Shown piece by piece: positions 35,991 through 46,756 of a DNA stretch of 64,000 nucleotides. Each line of letters starts with the position of its first letter. Position 1 is the first letter of the stretch. The notes under the pieces are model-generated. The model saw nothing but the letters and a program-made list of their open reading frames with translations. It was not told the DNA's origin and did no database searches. The position numbers and the translations under genes are program-made. The stretch lies in the IMG/VR virus record IMGVR_UViG_3300037069_000769, positions 1 through 64,000 of that record, one strand, 5' to 3'. This stretch comes from a virus.

Positions 35991-38752
35991 TGTTTGAGCA
36001 CCTTCCTGCTACATCAGCCGCTGGGGAAATGCTGTCTGGACTAACAGATCAGCAAGTCAAACGACTCACTAAGTTGTTAGACATTCGACGAGCCCGCATC
36101 ACGTTTGCTACTGAGCATCATGTGAATACTCGCGGGGATCGAATGGACTTTGCTCATTATCCTCATATCAAGGCTCTGTACAATAGTTTGGCCTCGACTA
36201 TCGTATTGCAGGGCTCAGTTCAAAGTTTCAAGGCCCAACCTCTAACCGCCAAGGTTCATACGCCTAGCGGCTGGAAACTGATGGGCGACTTGAGGGTGGG
36301 CGACACCGTAAGCACTCCTGACGGTGCAAACGCTTGCATTACTGCTGTTCAGCCTCAAGGAACTGTGAGAATCTACAAGCTCAAGTTCTCTGACGGTCGA
36401 GTAGTGGAGGCTTGTGGGGATCACCTCTGGAAAGTGCGAGGTTCGCGTAGAATCTTCAAAGCTTGTCGGGGCTTGTGTTACGATGCACCTAAAGCTTCGG
36501 AGGTTGTTGACACTAATACTATTGCTAAGAGAATGTGTTCGGGCGAACGTTTCAGCGTCCCGTTGACTTTGCCGGTGGAGAAGCCTGCAACGAGTGTTAC
36601 GCTTGATCCCTATTTTGTAGGATTGATGCTTGGTGACGGAGAACTCGGCAAGACTAACTTGCGATTCATTACTACCGAATCTGAGTTGGTGACGGCTGTA
36701 AATGCAAGTGTATATCGTTGGGGGCTGAAGCTTCAGCAGTACAAAGATACGGCCAATCATCACTTTATTCGAGGTGAGAATTCGATCTCTAATCTGGGGG
36801 CTCAGTTGCTCCGAGATCAGTTTGAGAAGTTAAGGTTGCTTGGGACCGATAGCTTTTCAAAGTTTATTCCCGCCTCGTATAAGGAAGGGTCTATTGAGCA
36901 GAGACTCGCATTACTGCAAGGTTTGATGGATACTGACGGCGTTACGGGTTCAACTGAGATTCGCATTTCGTCGAAGCAGTTGGCTCTTGACATTCAGGAG
37001 ATTGTGTGGTCATTGGGAGGAGTTGCGTCGATTACTCCGCGTGAGACGTACTACACGAAAGAGGGTGGTAAGGTTGCGGGAGCGACTTCGTTTATCGTAG
37101 CAATCTCCCACCCACACCCCAGCATGCTTTACCGTCTGACGAGTAAGCGGGCTGCTGTGTCCGACGACCACCGTCGAACTGACACAATGGGGCCGACGAT
37201 TGAGGAGATTATCTGTGTAGGTGAAAAGCCTGCTCAATGTATTGTTCTCGATCATCCCGAGCATTTGTATCTGACAGATGGGTACACGGTTACCCATAAT
37301 AGTGAATGGGCAGTAATCGACCATTTTGCGGCAGCCTTTACCGGGCTGTCGGTGTTTTTTGTTGTGCCTAAGTATGAGGCCCGCACAACGTACGTTCAGA
37401 ACCGAATCAACAAGTGCGTGCAGAGTGTTCCCGAGTACAAGCGGATCATTGGGGCAGGTTTCTTTGACTCGGTGCAGATGAAGTCGTTCGGCAAAGGTTC
37501 CGTTAAATACGTCGGGTCGAACGTACTGGCTGACTTCAAAGAATACCCTGCTGATATGATCGTGGTGGAGGAGGTCGATCAGTGCGATAAGGATAATGTT
37601 GCTTACGCCAATGATCGACTGATGGCCTCACCCTATCAGTTTAAGCGTTACTTGGGTAACCCTACGCACAAAGGCAAGGGTATTAACGCTTACTTTCAGG
37701 AGTCAGATCAGCGGGAGTGGTATGTCCCGTGCATGATCTGCGGAGAGTACTCAGAGCTTGATTGGTTTAACGTGGTGGTCGAGGCGATCTTTGACAAGGA
37801 AGGTCATATCGTTGATTATCGACTTCGGGATAAGGAGTGGTCAGTCGGGTGTCGCCGAGATATTCACTTGATGTGCCCAAAATGTAGTGGGCAGTTGGAA
37901 CGTGCAAGTGACCGGGGCGAATGGAGACCTAAGAATCAGGGCCACCCTATTGAGGGTTACCATATCTCACAGCTTTGCAGCCCCATCAACTCTGTCGCAT
38001 CCATGTGGCAGGAGTTCCGAGCGTCGCTGACAGACCCAACGCGACTCCAGAAGTTCTACAACTCATATCTGGGATTGCCCTTTGAGGCTGCGGGCAATAA
38101 GATTACGTCGGAGCTTCTTGCGGCTTGCTCTGACCTCGACTACAAGTTTGTAATTCAGCCTGATTGTGCCTTTATTTCGGGAGACGGTGACGAAGGTCCA
38201 TGCAGCATGGGTGTGGACGTTGGGGGCAACTTGGATGTGCGTATCTCTCGAATTGAGAAGAACAAACGTCGTGCTGTGTATATGGGTAAAGTCAAGCACA
38301 TCGACGAAGTGTACAGTCTAATTGAGAGGTACAACGTCGAGAAGTGTGTTATCGACTCTGGGCCTGAGACGGCTTTGGTTCAGGACTTTCAAGATAACGC
38401 TACCTGCGATGTGTGGGCCTGTCGGTACGGCAGTGAGGGCTCCGATAAACGTCGTCGGTATGATACCTCTGACAAGGTGATTAGCATTGACAGAACTGAG
38501 GCGTTGGATCGCTCGTTCAGTCAAATCAGGCAGAAGAAGAACATTCTGCCCGTGAATTTCACTGAGATTTTGGACGGGCAGTACGTGTCCGAGATGTGTG
38601 ATCCTGTTCGCTCGATGGTCGAGGATGATCGGGGAAATAGTAAGTTCGAGTGGACTAAGTGTAAAGATCACCAGCGACATTGTGACACCTATGACATGCT
38701 GGCGGCTCAGTTGATTATGGAAGCAACGTTAGACGACATTTCCATTGGTTGA
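35990..38752 (+). CDS. Terminase large subunit (lambda gpA-like) containing an intein
   Basis: Walker A-like QSFK/SE, Walker B VVEEVD, GNPT, Zn motifs (CxxC), nuclease MGVDVG. Confidence 0.9.
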   Translation: MFEHLPATSAAGEMLSGLTDQQVKRLTKLLDIRRARITFATEHHVNTRGDRMDFAHYPHIKALYNSLASTIVLQGSVQSFKAQPLTAKVHTPSGWKLMGDLRVGDTVSTPDGANACITAVQPQGTVRIYKLKFSDGRVVEACGDHLWKVRGSRRIFKACRGLCYDAPKASEVVDTNTIAKRMCSGERFSVPLTLPVEKPATSVTLDPYFVGLMLGDGELGKTNLRFITTESELVTAVNASVYRWGLKLQQYKDTANHHFIRGENSISNLGAQLLRDQFEKLRLLGTDSFSKFIPASYKEGSIEQRLALLQGLMDTDGVTGSTEIRISSKQLALDIQEIVWSLGGVASITPRETYYTKEGGKVAGATSFIVAISHPHPSMLYRLTSKRAAVSDDHRRTDTMGPTIEEIICVGEKPAQCIVLDHPEHLYLTDGYTVTHNSEWAVIDHFAAAFTGLSVFFVVPKYEARTTYVQNRINKCVQSVPEYKRIIGAGFFDSVQMKSFGKGSVKYVGSNVLADFKEYPADMIVVEEVDQCDKDNVAYANDRLMASPYQFKRYLGNPTHKGKGINAYFQESDQREWYVPCMICGEYSELDWFNVVVEAIFDKEGHIVDYRLRDKEWSVGCRRDIHLMCPKCSGQLERASDRGEWRPKNQGHPIEGYHISQLCSPINSVASMWQEFRASLTDPTRLQKFYNSYLGLPFEAAGNKITSELLAACSDLDYKFVIQPDCAFISGDGDEGPCSMGVDVGGNLDVRISRIEKNKRRAVYMGKVKHIDEVYSLIERYNVEKCVIDSGPETALVQDFQDNATCDVWACRYGSEGSDKRRRYDTSDKVISIDRTEALDRSFSQIRQKKNILPVNFTEILDGQYVSEMCDPVRSMVEDDRGNSKFEWTKCKDHQRHCDTYDMLAAQLIMEATLDDISIG
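36233..37300 (+). mobile_element. Intein (356 aa) with LAGLIDADG homing endonuclease, class-3 signature
   Basis: Begins AQPL and ends VTHN|S. LAGLIDADG motifs GLMLGDG and LQGLMDTDG. Trp (DHLW), Cys (AQCI) and Thr (VTHN) triad. Confidence 0.9.
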
Positions 38753-38779
38753 ATTTGCAAACGTTTGCACGAGGATTTC

Positions 38780-40630
38780 ATGGCGAACGAGAATACTGAT
38801 CCCATCGTTCTTGAGGAGGGGCACCCTCTCTCTAAGGCAATTCAAGAGGCTGCTCTTGAGGTTGGGGAAACGGATGAGACCGTCATCGAGGAGATTTTTA
38901 TCACTGATAACGGTGAGGGCGGCGATAAGCTCATGTCTGAGCTGGAGATCATCAAGTCCGTGCTGGCTTCTAGCATGTCGGGATTTGATAGCACTAAGAT
39001 TCACAGGGAGGTGAATAATGCCGCCATGTTCGACATGACGAAGACGGCAGACGTGTCTAAGTCTATTGTTGACGGCTCAACTCAGAGCGATTCCGAACTA
39101 GGTTGGAATGACCTGTCCATGTATCAGGTTGTTGAGCCTCCGTATCCGCCCCAGTTGATGTCAGCATTTTTGGAGGTGGATTCGACCCACTTCCGATGTG
39201 TTCGTACTAAGGTGACGGATGCAGTCGGTAAGGAGTACATGATTGAGCCTGTAACCCTGCCTGACGGCACGCCCTATAAGCCGTTTGAGGGGGAGATTAC
39301 TAAGCAAGTTGAAGCTGAGATCACGGAAGTTAAAAACTTCATTGACGATTGCAATGAGATTATTGGCTTCGACGGTGTGCTCGAACGGGTGGGCATGGAC
39401 TATGAGGCTATCGGTTGGGGAGCGATCGAAGTTATTCGTGGTCGGGATATGAAGGTTAAAAAACTTGCCCATCTTCCGGCATCTCGTATCCGAGTGTTGC
39501 GAGGGTGGGGAGGCTTCGTCGAATCTTTGGTAAATGGCAAGTTTATTTACTATCAGAACTTTGGGGACAAGGTTGTATCCACGACAGAAACTGATCCGTT
39601 TACTGATAGACCTGTAGCATATGATCCTAAACGTGACGGCACCTTGAATGGTAGTAGTGCCAAGTGGAGTTTGATCGATAGGCATTCCGGAAAGCCTACT
39701 GCCGATTTCAGCAATTCGGCTAACGAGGTTATTTGGATTCCTCGACACCACTGCTCGACCATCTATTACGGGTTGACCGACGTGTTGCCGGCTCTCGGTG
39801 ATCTGCTGGCGAATGTGCATATCCGGGATTACTTGCTACAGTTCTTTGAGCATAACACGATTCCACGGTATGCAATCATCATCAAGGGAGCTAAGATTGC
39901 TGACGGGGTGAAGAAGGAGATTCTCAAATTCTTCAGCGATCATATCAAAGGCAAGGCCCATAAGACTCTGATTATTCCCATCCCTGCGGTACGCGGTGAG
40001 GTGGAGATTAAGTTCGAGAAGCTTGCTGCGGATGTGACTGAGGGCTCGTTTCAAGATACCCGAAAGAACAACTCTCAGGGCATCCTTACTGCTCACGGTG
40101 TTAGTCCCGCTATTATCGGCATTAACGATGCGGCAAGTCTTGGCTCAGGTAAGGGTATGTCCCAAGCCGAAATCTACAAGGATCGCATCGTAACGCCGTC
40201 TCAGCGGCGATTTGCTCGACCTCTGAACCGATTATTCCGGATTGGACTCGGAATCAAGATTGTAGCTCTGAAGTTTAGCCCTCTCGACATTCGAGATTTG
40301 GAAGCTGAGATGCAGATTTACACCGGTTATCTTGATAAAGGTTGCATGACTATCAATGGGGTTATTAAGAAAGTCGGCCTTGGTGATCCCATTGAGGGCG
40401 GTGATCGAGCCTTTATTGTGTTGCCGCACATTGGGATACAGTTTGTCGATGAGATGACTACTCAGGTGAGTCAGCAAATGCAAGACTTGCAGGATCAAGT
40501 AGACTCTGCAAAGCAGGAGCTTCAGAACCGGGCACTCCAACAGAAGGCTCAGCAGGCAGCACAGAATGGTCAAAAACCTCAGCAATCCGCCAAGTCTTCT
40601 AAGTCTGCCAACAGTGGAGCTGGAAAATAG
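38780..40630 (+). CDS. Portal protein (PBSX/HK97-like)
   Basis: Follows TerL. YYGLTD, FFEHNTIP, ILTAHGVSP, MTINGV motifs. Confidence 0.88.
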   Translation: MANENTDPIVLEEGHPLSKAIQEAALEVGETDETVIEEIFITDNGEGGDKLMSELEIIKSVLASSMSGFDSTKIHREVNNAAMFDMTKTADVSKSIVDGSTQSDSELGWNDLSMYQVVEPPYPPQLMSAFLEVDSTHFRCVRTKVTDAVGKEYMIEPVTLPDGTPYKPFEGEITKQVEAEITEVKNFIDDCNEIIGFDGVLERVGMDYEAIGWGAIEVIRGRDMKVKKLAHLPASRIRVLRGWGGFVESLVNGKFIYYQNFGDKVVSTTETDPFTDRPVAYDPKRDGTLNGSSAKWSLIDRHSGKPTADFSNSANEVIWIPRHHCSTIYYGLTDVLPALGDLLANVHIRDYLLQFFEHNTIPRYAIIIKGAKIADGVKKEILKFFSDHIKGKAHKTLIIPIPAVRGEVEIKFEKLAADVTEGSFQDTRKNNSQGILTAHGVSPAIIGINDAASLGSGKGMSQAEIYKDRIVTPSQRRFARPLNRLFRIGLGIKIVALKFSPLDIRDLEAEMQIYTGYLDKGCMTINGVIKKVGLGDPIEGGDRAFIVLPHIGIQFVDEMTTQVSQQMQDLQDQVDSAKQELQNRALQQKAQQAAQNGQKPQQSAKSSKSANSGAGK

Positions 40631-41708
40631 CCTTAGGCACGCTCAACGCAAGATCATCATCGTAAAGGCCGCTACTTCCGGTATGCGGTTAATGCTGGAA
40701 GATGCGTTTCAGGATCAGCTTCAGAGATTCATTCGGGCATGGCACGTTCGGCTTAGTCGTCACCTTGAAAGTGTTGAGTACTTCAAACGTGCTGTGACCG
40801 ATGCTCGAATCCTTAAAGCTAAGAGTACCTCAATAAGCGATCTTAGGCGTAGAGTTAATACCTCGTTCGCCTCTGATCTTGATCCGCTGCTGGAAGAGTT
40901 TCGACGCATTATTGTTACTGCTCCTATTGAGAAGTACTATGTGCGATGGGCACCTCTGGTGTTTAGCTTAGGGGCTGTGACAACTCTGAACACGTTTGGA
41001 GTACATGCTCGAAGTCCCGCTCTTGAGACTTTTCTTAGGGTGGGTGTTGTCTCCAAGGCGTCGGGGGGCGAAGATTTTACGTTTGAGTTGAGTGATGCTG
41101 CGATTATCCATGCCTTAGAGAGTCGTGGTATTATCGTAGGTGCGGGCTTAACTCACGACATTATCGAGGATGCTCGAAGCTTAATCCGAGACAAGGTGTA
41201 CTTGGGAGGCTCGGATGTTGCTGACATTGCTGAGGAGCTGGCTTCTGCCCACGCTATAGCTGACTGGCGTGCTTTGTCTATCGCTAGAACTGAGACGCAG
41301 GCCGCGTTCAACCTTGCATCGTATCGGATGTTTGAGCGGTCAGGCGTACAGAAACAGTTCTGGGTCACAGTTGGAGATAACCGGGTAAGACCTCAGCACG
41401 TAGCTAATGAGGAAGCCGGAGCAGTTCAGATAGGTGTACCTTTTCCTAGCGGTCAGCTTCATCCGGGAGACGGGCCACTATCTGTTAATTGTAGATGCAG
41501 CCTTCTCCCTGACTTGAGTGATCCGTCGATCTTGTTGAACCCTTGGGATGGGAAGTCTGGACCGTTCTTATCTACGGATGCTGGAGCAACCTTGCCGGCT
41601 GTTCGACGATTTAGTAAGAGATTGTCAATTCCGCATGGTATCGCTCCGGGAGTGTCAGACGCCCGAGTTGACTTGGCAGATGAAGAGTTACTCTTTCCTG
41701 AAGAGTGA
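40566..41708 (+). CDS. Head morphogenesis protein (Mu F / SPP1 gp7-like)
   Basis: IARTET, WVTVGDNRVRPQH, NCRC. Start uncertain. Confidence 0.85.
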   Translation: MVKNLSNPPSLLSLPTVELENSLRHAQRKIIIVKAATSGMRLMLEDAFQDQLQRFIRAWHVRLSRHLESVEYFKRAVTDARILKAKSTSISDLRRRVNTSFASDLDPLLEEFRRIIVTAPIEKYYVRWAPLVFSLGAVTTLNTFGVHARSPALETFLRVGVVSKASGGEDFTFELSDAAIIHALESRGIIVGAGLTHDIIEDARSLIRDKVYLGGSDVADIAEELASAHAIADWRALSIARTETQAAFNLASYRMFERSGVQKQFWVTVGDNRVRPQHVANEEAGAVQIGVPFPSGQLHPGDGPLSVNCRCSLLPDLSDPSILLNPWDGKSGPFLSTDAGATLPAVRRFSKRLSIPHGIAPGVSDARVDLADEELLFPEE

Positions 41709-41763
41709 TACCTGTTAATAAGATACGAATTGTCAGCCCCCTTAAAGATTTTTTAGGCGGGGG

Positions 41764-41792
41764 TTGACAGTTCCTTTTTTACAGTGTAGACT
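41764..41792 (+). promoter_or_regulatory. Possible sigma70-type promoter overlapping a terminator-like hairpin (41731-41780)
   Basis: TTGACA-17-TAGACT. The TGTCAGCCCCC...GGGGGTTGACA stem is followed by a T-run. Confidence 0.55.
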
Positions 41793-41857
41793 GGGTGAAT
41801 TGCGGCAGTGGTGGTTGGTACTTAGTTTCACATTCCTTTTGCAAACGTTTGCAAACT

Positions 41858-42430
41858 ATGAGTAACCTGCGGGCAGTTCTTAGTCAGCCTTCGTTTACAG
41901 CCTTATCCGATGCTGATGCTTTATCTGCGTTGGAGACACCTGTAATTAAGACTGATAACACTCCTTACACTTGGAGTGGGCTATCAACTCGATTGATTAT
42001 GAACGGCATGTCGTCGAACATGATTATCGGGCTCGATGCGTGGGTCACTTCTATTAATAACTACGGCGGTGCAATGCTCCGTAACTGGCTCAATTCGGGG
42101 GGCATTGATTTCACACTCGATAGTGTTCGGGAGAATCTGAGCACTCTCCGGCCCAACCTTGACGATACTGGTAAGGCTTACATCGACGCTCTATTGACGG
42201 TGGGTCAGTGGGTGATTCCTTACTGGCAGGATCAAGGGATTCTCACCAGTGACTTCGGTAACGGTCTTACTCCCCAACTAAGTGACGTGCAGACCGTTCG
42301 GGCAACCATCGCATCTGATGCACTTAGAGCTAAATGCTCTGATGCCTATAACTCGCTTGTTGTGGCGATGAATGCCGGCACCGTGACGACATGGCAGCAG
42401 GTTCAGGCTTTGATCGCAGGCATTAGGTAA
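41858..42430 (+). CDS. Hypothetical protein
   Basis: ATG directly after a palindrome copy. Confidence 0.65.
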   Translation: MSNLRAVLSQPSFTALSDADALSALETPVIKTDNTPYTWSGLSTRLIMNGMSSNMIIGLDAWVTSINNYGGAMLRNWLNSGGIDFTLDSVRENLSTLRPNLDDTGKAYIDALLTVGQWVIPYWQDQGILTSDFGNGLTPQLSDVQTVRATIASDALRAKCSDAYNSLVVAMNAGTVTTWQQVQALIAGIR

Positions 42431-42690
42431 GACGGCCACAGTTTCATCTAAGTTAGAGGCACGGAGCATGCTCATCTAAAACTGCATATCCCCCGCTGGA
42501 TTCCCAGTGAATTCCACAGGTCTCACTCACGAAGAAGTGATGCGTTCGTGTGAGGAGTCGCGAGTCGCGAATGGTGCGAACTTCCAACCATCGTTGATCG
42601 GCGAATGCGTTCGCATCAACGGGAAGACGTTTCAGATTACCGACGTTCCCGACTATCACTCTTTAACCGTACAGCCGGTGACCTTCTGAA

Positions 42691-44103
42691 ATGGCCATAA
42701 ACGCTACGGCAGTCTGGCGAGTACGAACCGGAGGCAATGATGCTAATGGAGCCGGATACGATGCGGGCATTTCAGGAGCCGGTGTTGACTACAGTCAGCA
42801 GGATTCGCCTGTCCTCACTTTGACGGACATTGCGTGCTCAAATACTACTACAGTTACTAGTGCCACCGGCGGATTTACGTCGGCAATGATCGGCAATGCG
42901 GTTCGGATCACGGGCGGTGGGGCGACCTCGGGATATTACTACATTACCGCTGTCGCGAGTTCGACAAGCATCACGGTGCACACGACACCAGGAGCAGTGA
43001 CCAACGGCACGGGTAAGGTTGGCGGAGGGGCGGCGACACCCGCAAGGTTGCTCAACATTTCCAACGCAGCAGGTGATAAAGTCGTCCCCGGGAACATTGT
43101 GTATATCCGAGGCAGCGGGTCGTTCACACCATCAACGAACGACTATACGACTACGGGATTCACGCAACTGGCTGTCGGAGACCAGACCAGCGGCCAAATT
43201 CAGGTGATTGGTGAGAATGGGATGCCTCGCTTGGGTTCCAATGGGCTCATGTGGTATCAGGCGACGGAAGTGTTATTCAAAAATCTCTATTTAGTCGCGT
43301 CTTCAAATTCAAACGGAAATCTTGGCATTTTGAATTTCAATGCGGGGGGGGCGGTCATTGGGTGCGTGGTGGACATGGCTGGGCAAGGTGGACTCAAGGG
43401 CATCCTTGGAATCTCAAATGGCGTTGTGTCTGGATGCGAAATCAAGGGCGGCGCGTCAGGGGCGTCTTCTGGCGCTGACGGGGTTTCGCCTGGGAGCTAC
43501 GGGGCGACCGTTTTCGGGAACTATATTCACGACGTTGGAGGTGTGGCGCTATCGCTATCTGGATTTATGCACCGTGCGCATCAAAACATTATTTCTGGCT
43601 CTTGGGGCGATTCAGTGTCACTCTCTTTAGCCTCAGCGACGTACGGTTGCGAATTCTTCAATAACACCATCGACGCTGGACATGGGCACGGAATCAATTT
43701 CGCCTCCCAAGCGGCTGTTGCGACCTGGTCGGCCTACAACAACATCATCTCGAACCATGCCGGTGCGAGCAAATTCGGGATGATCGTCACGAGCGGGGTG
43801 ACTGCAACCAGCGACCGGATGAAGAAACTCATCGACTACAACAACTTCTATGGCAACACCTCAAACTACAGTAACATCTCTGCTGGTCCGAATGATCTCG
43901 CTCTCGACCCTCAGTATGTGAATCAGCCGGGTAGGGATTTCCGCCTGAGTGGCTCGAACATGAAGGCCAATGGGTATCCGGGATTGTTCTTGAATGCCGG
44001 GTCGAATCAGGCTTATGTGGACCGTGGGGCATTGCAGTCGCAGGCGAGTGGCGGATCGGGCGGCATCCTCCACCAGCCTAATTTCAACGGAGGCTACGAA
44101 TGA
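42691..44103 (+). CDS. Right-handed beta-helix protein (possible virion spike/appendage)
   Basis: Gly/Ser/Asn-rich PbH1-like repeats (GNYIHD, NNTID, NNIIS, YNNFYGN) and DPQY..DFRL. Confidence 0.72.
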   Translation: MAINATAVWRVRTGGNDANGAGYDAGISGAGVDYSQQDSPVLTLTDIACSNTTTVTSATGGFTSAMIGNAVRITGGGATSGYYYITAVASSTSITVHTTPGAVTNGTGKVGGGAATPARLLNISNAAGDKVVPGNIVYIRGSGSFTPSTNDYTTTGFTQLAVGDQTSGQIQVIGENGMPRLGSNGLMWYQATEVLFKNLYLVASSNSNGNLGILNFNAGGAVIGCVVDMAGQGGLKGILGISNGVVSGCEIKGGASGASSGADGVSPGSYGATVFGNYIHDVGGVALSLSGFMHRAHQNIISGSWGDSVSLSLASATYGCEFFNNTIDAGHGHGINFASQAAVATWSAYNNIISNHAGASKFGMIVTSGVTATSDRMKKLIDYNNFYGNTSNYSNISAGPNDLALDPQYVNQPGRDFRLSGSNMKANGYPGLFLNAGSNQAYVDRGALQSQASGGSGGILHQPNFNGGYE

Positions 44104-44747
44104 GCCGTCGCAAAATTGTTGCGGGCACTGCCAGTAATCTTATACCTGTGTTCGTGAGGGATACTAGTAAGACTGACGGTTCTGGATTATCTGTAGCTTA
44201 CAACGCCTCCGGCCTAACTGCTGAGTATCGTCGTAAGGGATCATCGTCTTGGACCTCAATCAGCGTTGTTACGAAAACCCTCGGAGTATTCACAAGTGGG
44301 GGTTGGTGTGCGGACGGCAGCTTAACCGGAGCCCATGAGTTTGCTCCCCCTGACGCTGCTTTTGCTGCTGGGGCAACTTCGGTAGCTCTCAGAGTGTACG
44401 GTGTAACTAATATGTTACCCGTGCTTCTTGAGTTTGAGTTGATGACTTTTAACGATCAGGCTGCTGGAGGTAAAGTACCTGTAGCGGCTAAGGGATTGGC
44501 GATAAGTAACTTCGGCTTCATTATGCGAAGTTCAACGTCTAAGGCCCCGACTCCCGGTTTGACTGTGACGGCTCAGAGAAGTTTGGACGGTGCAGCGTTT
44601 GGGGCCTGTGATAACTCTCCCTCGGGTATCGGTAGCGGGGCATACAGTATCAATCTAAGCACCGCTGACACCAACGCTAACGTAGCGATGTATATGTTTA
44701 CGGCTACTGGAGCTGATCCGACCTTTGTTGAGATGCTTTTTCAATGA
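44100..44747 (+). CDS. Putative virion structural protein
   Basis: Beta-rich, Ser/Thr/Gly-rich. ATGA coupling. Confidence 0.6.
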   Translation: MSRRKIVAGTASNLIPVFVRDTSKTDGSGLSVAYNASGLTAEYRRKGSSSWTSISVVTKTLGVFTSGGWCADGSLTGAHEFAPPDAAFAAGATSVALRVYGVTNMLPVLLEFELMTFNDQAAGGKVPVAAKGLAISNFGFIMRSSTSKAPTPGLTVTAQRSLDGAAFGACDNSPSGIGSGAYSINLSTADTNANVAMYMFTATGADPTFVEMLFQ

Positions 44748-45496
44748 TGATCTTTTGCGGTAACGCGATTGTCGAGGAAAGGTACTTTGAAGGGGATTGG
44801 GGCACTGAACTGCGGGGTTTTTCAGACTCCTTAACTTTGCAAACGTTTGCAATTTTTTTGAGTTCTGTTACGCGGCAGGGTTTTGAAGCTATCAATTTAC
44901 CGTCTGTCAGTAGTGCGTCAGGTTCAGTAGGGGTTGGGGTAGTTGGAAGTCTCAGTGCCTCAGCGACTGGCAACCTACAGAGTGGTGATGTGGTGGGAGT
45001 TGTAGCCGACCTTGAGTTAAGTGTCGCAAATTTGTATGCTACCTCAGGGGTTGTGAGTGCTGAGGTATCATTTGCTGCGAACTCGGTGTGCGAACTTCTT
45101 CTGACTGCGGTTAATCAACTTCACGAGGTTATTGAATCTGATGCCGTAGCTAGTGAGATAATGTCGGCTCAAAATGAGCTTGTGGGTAGTCTAACTGAGA
45201 TCGTTCGGGCTGGCTTATTGGGGCAGTTGTCAAATTCAATCGCGGATCAGATGACCTTAGGGATTTCGGCCGAGATTGCGTTTTCTGCCGGCAAGCATTA
45301 CATTGAGAGTTTTGCCCTAGCCGTGTTGTCCCAACTGGAGCTTGCTGGGGTCTCCGGACGAACGTTTAACGTATTGAGGGTGTTGGGCGAAGCTTTTAAG
45401 CAAGCTCTAATGTCCATCGAATCTCTCACGCAAGGTGACATGATTGATGAGACGCTTCGAGATAGCGATCTAACTGACGAAACATTTCTTCCTTGA
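44744..45496 (+). CDS. Hypothetical protein (start uncertain)
   Basis: Long Ser/Ala/Glu-rich ORF in the structural block. Confidence 0.5.
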   Translation: MMIFCGNAIVEERYFEGDWGTELRGFSDSLTLQTFAIFLSSVTRQGFEAINLPSVSSASGSVGVGVVGSLSASATGNLQSGDVVGVVADLELSVANLYATSGVVSAEVSFAANSVCELLLTAVNQLHEVIESDAVASEIMSAQNELVGSLTEIVRAGLLGQLSNSIADQMTLGISAEIAFSAGKHYIESFALAVLSQLELAGVSGRTFNVLRVLGEAFKQALMSIESLTQGDMIDETLRDSDLTDETFLP

Positions 45497-45507
45497 GGGT
45501 GGCACAT

Positions 45508-46365
45508 ATGAAGTGGCTGTTTCAACTGATCTCCGCTCTGTACCGTGCCTATACCCCCGGCAGCTTGTTCGGTCAGACTACCGTTTTGAACTTCAAGTCT
45601 GAGTGTAGAGATTCAGATGGGAAACTTCGCTGGACGGATGATGTAAACCTCCCAGTGGTGATTGCTGGCAATATCCTTCCGCTATTGGGGCTGTTTGTAG
45701 CGTTGTCGCTGCTAGTGCCATACGGCAGTTGGATCGCCTTGGGGTTAGTGACCACCGCGGGCCTCAATAAGTTGCTTGACGCAACCGTTAAGACTGGTTT
45801 GACTTCGCCCGCATGGTACGTTGGGCTTATTGGGGCTAAAGTTACTGACGGTGCGATGACGGCATCGTCGGCTACTTTGACTTCGGCAAGTAATCCGTTT
45901 GCATCCGGTGATGTTGGCTTGCATATCATTGTTCGTGGTGCGGGAGCGGCTGGAGCCGATCTTTACACTACGATCAGTGCTTATACTAATGCTGGCCAAG
46001 TTACTCTGGCGGCTACGGCTGGGACAACTGTAAGTGGGGCTGGGGTAGCCTTCGATCCCCGTCCTGCTGACACGATGGCCTCGCATTCGTTTGTAAGTGT
46101 TACTCCGTTCAGTAACTCTACTCGACCTGCTTGGACTCCGGGCAGCATCTCTGCGGGGTCTGTGAGTAATTCGGGTTCTCCCGCAGTGTTCACCGTCAAT
46201 GCTTCGTCATACGTGTTCGGGGCGTTTCTTGCTGACGATAGCGGTGTTAGCGGTACTACCGGAACTCTGTACGGAGGATCAATGTTTACTGGAGGTATCG
46301 CTCGGCAGGTGGCCAGTGGTGATACTTTGACTGTAACTGGGACTCTTACAGTGACGGCAGCATGA
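45508..46365 (+). CDS. Putative virion structural protein
   Basis: VTTAGLNKLLD...WYVGL...GDTLTVT, a pattern common to phage structural proteins. Confidence 0.65.
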   Translation: MKWLFQLISALYRAYTPGSLFGQTTVLNFKSECRDSDGKLRWTDDVNLPVVIAGNILPLLGLFVALSLLVPYGSWIALGLVTTAGLNKLLDATVKTGLTSPAWYVGLIGAKVTDGAMTASSATLTSASNPFASGDVGLHIIVRGAGAAGADLYTTISAYTNAGQVTLAATAGTTVSGAGVAFDPRPADTMASHSFVSVTPFSNSTRPAWTPGSISAGSVSNSGSPAVFTVNASSYVFGAFLADDSGVSGTTGTLYGGSMFTGGIARQVASGDTLTVTGTLTVTAA

Positions 46366-46721
46366 CCACAACCTTTGAGGTAGATCAGGGAACATCTGCT
46401 AGATACTCTGCTACTCTGGTGGATGAGAATAGTGACCCCATTTCTGGGGCCGATCTCTTTTCATTAGTGTTGACGCTAACTGCTGCTGATGGGAGTTATA
46501 TTAACTCTCGAAATAGTCAGAATGTGTTAAACGCTAATGGAGTGACTGTGGATGATAGTGGGGTATTAGTGTGGGACTTGGCTCCCGCAGATAATCCTAT
46601 TGTAAGCTCTATCGGGCTCGGTGGGGTTGAGGAGCACGACGCTCTATTTGAGTTTACGTGGTCGGGTGGGGCAAAAGCTGCCAAGCATCGAATTTCCCTG
46701 CTGGTAACTAAGTTGAAATAG
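46362..46721 (+). CDS. Putative structural protein (BppU N-like beta domain)
   Basis: FEVDQGTS...LVDENSDPI, beta-rich. Confidence 0.55.
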   Translation: MTTTFEVDQGTSARYSATLVDENSDPISGADLFSLVLTLTAADGSYINSRNSQNVLNANGVTVDDSGVLVWDLAPADNPIVSSIGLGGVEEHDALFEFTWSGGAKAAKHRISLLVTKLK

Positions 46722-46756
46722 TGCAAACGTTTGCAATTTCCTCACAGGTGTGTAGC

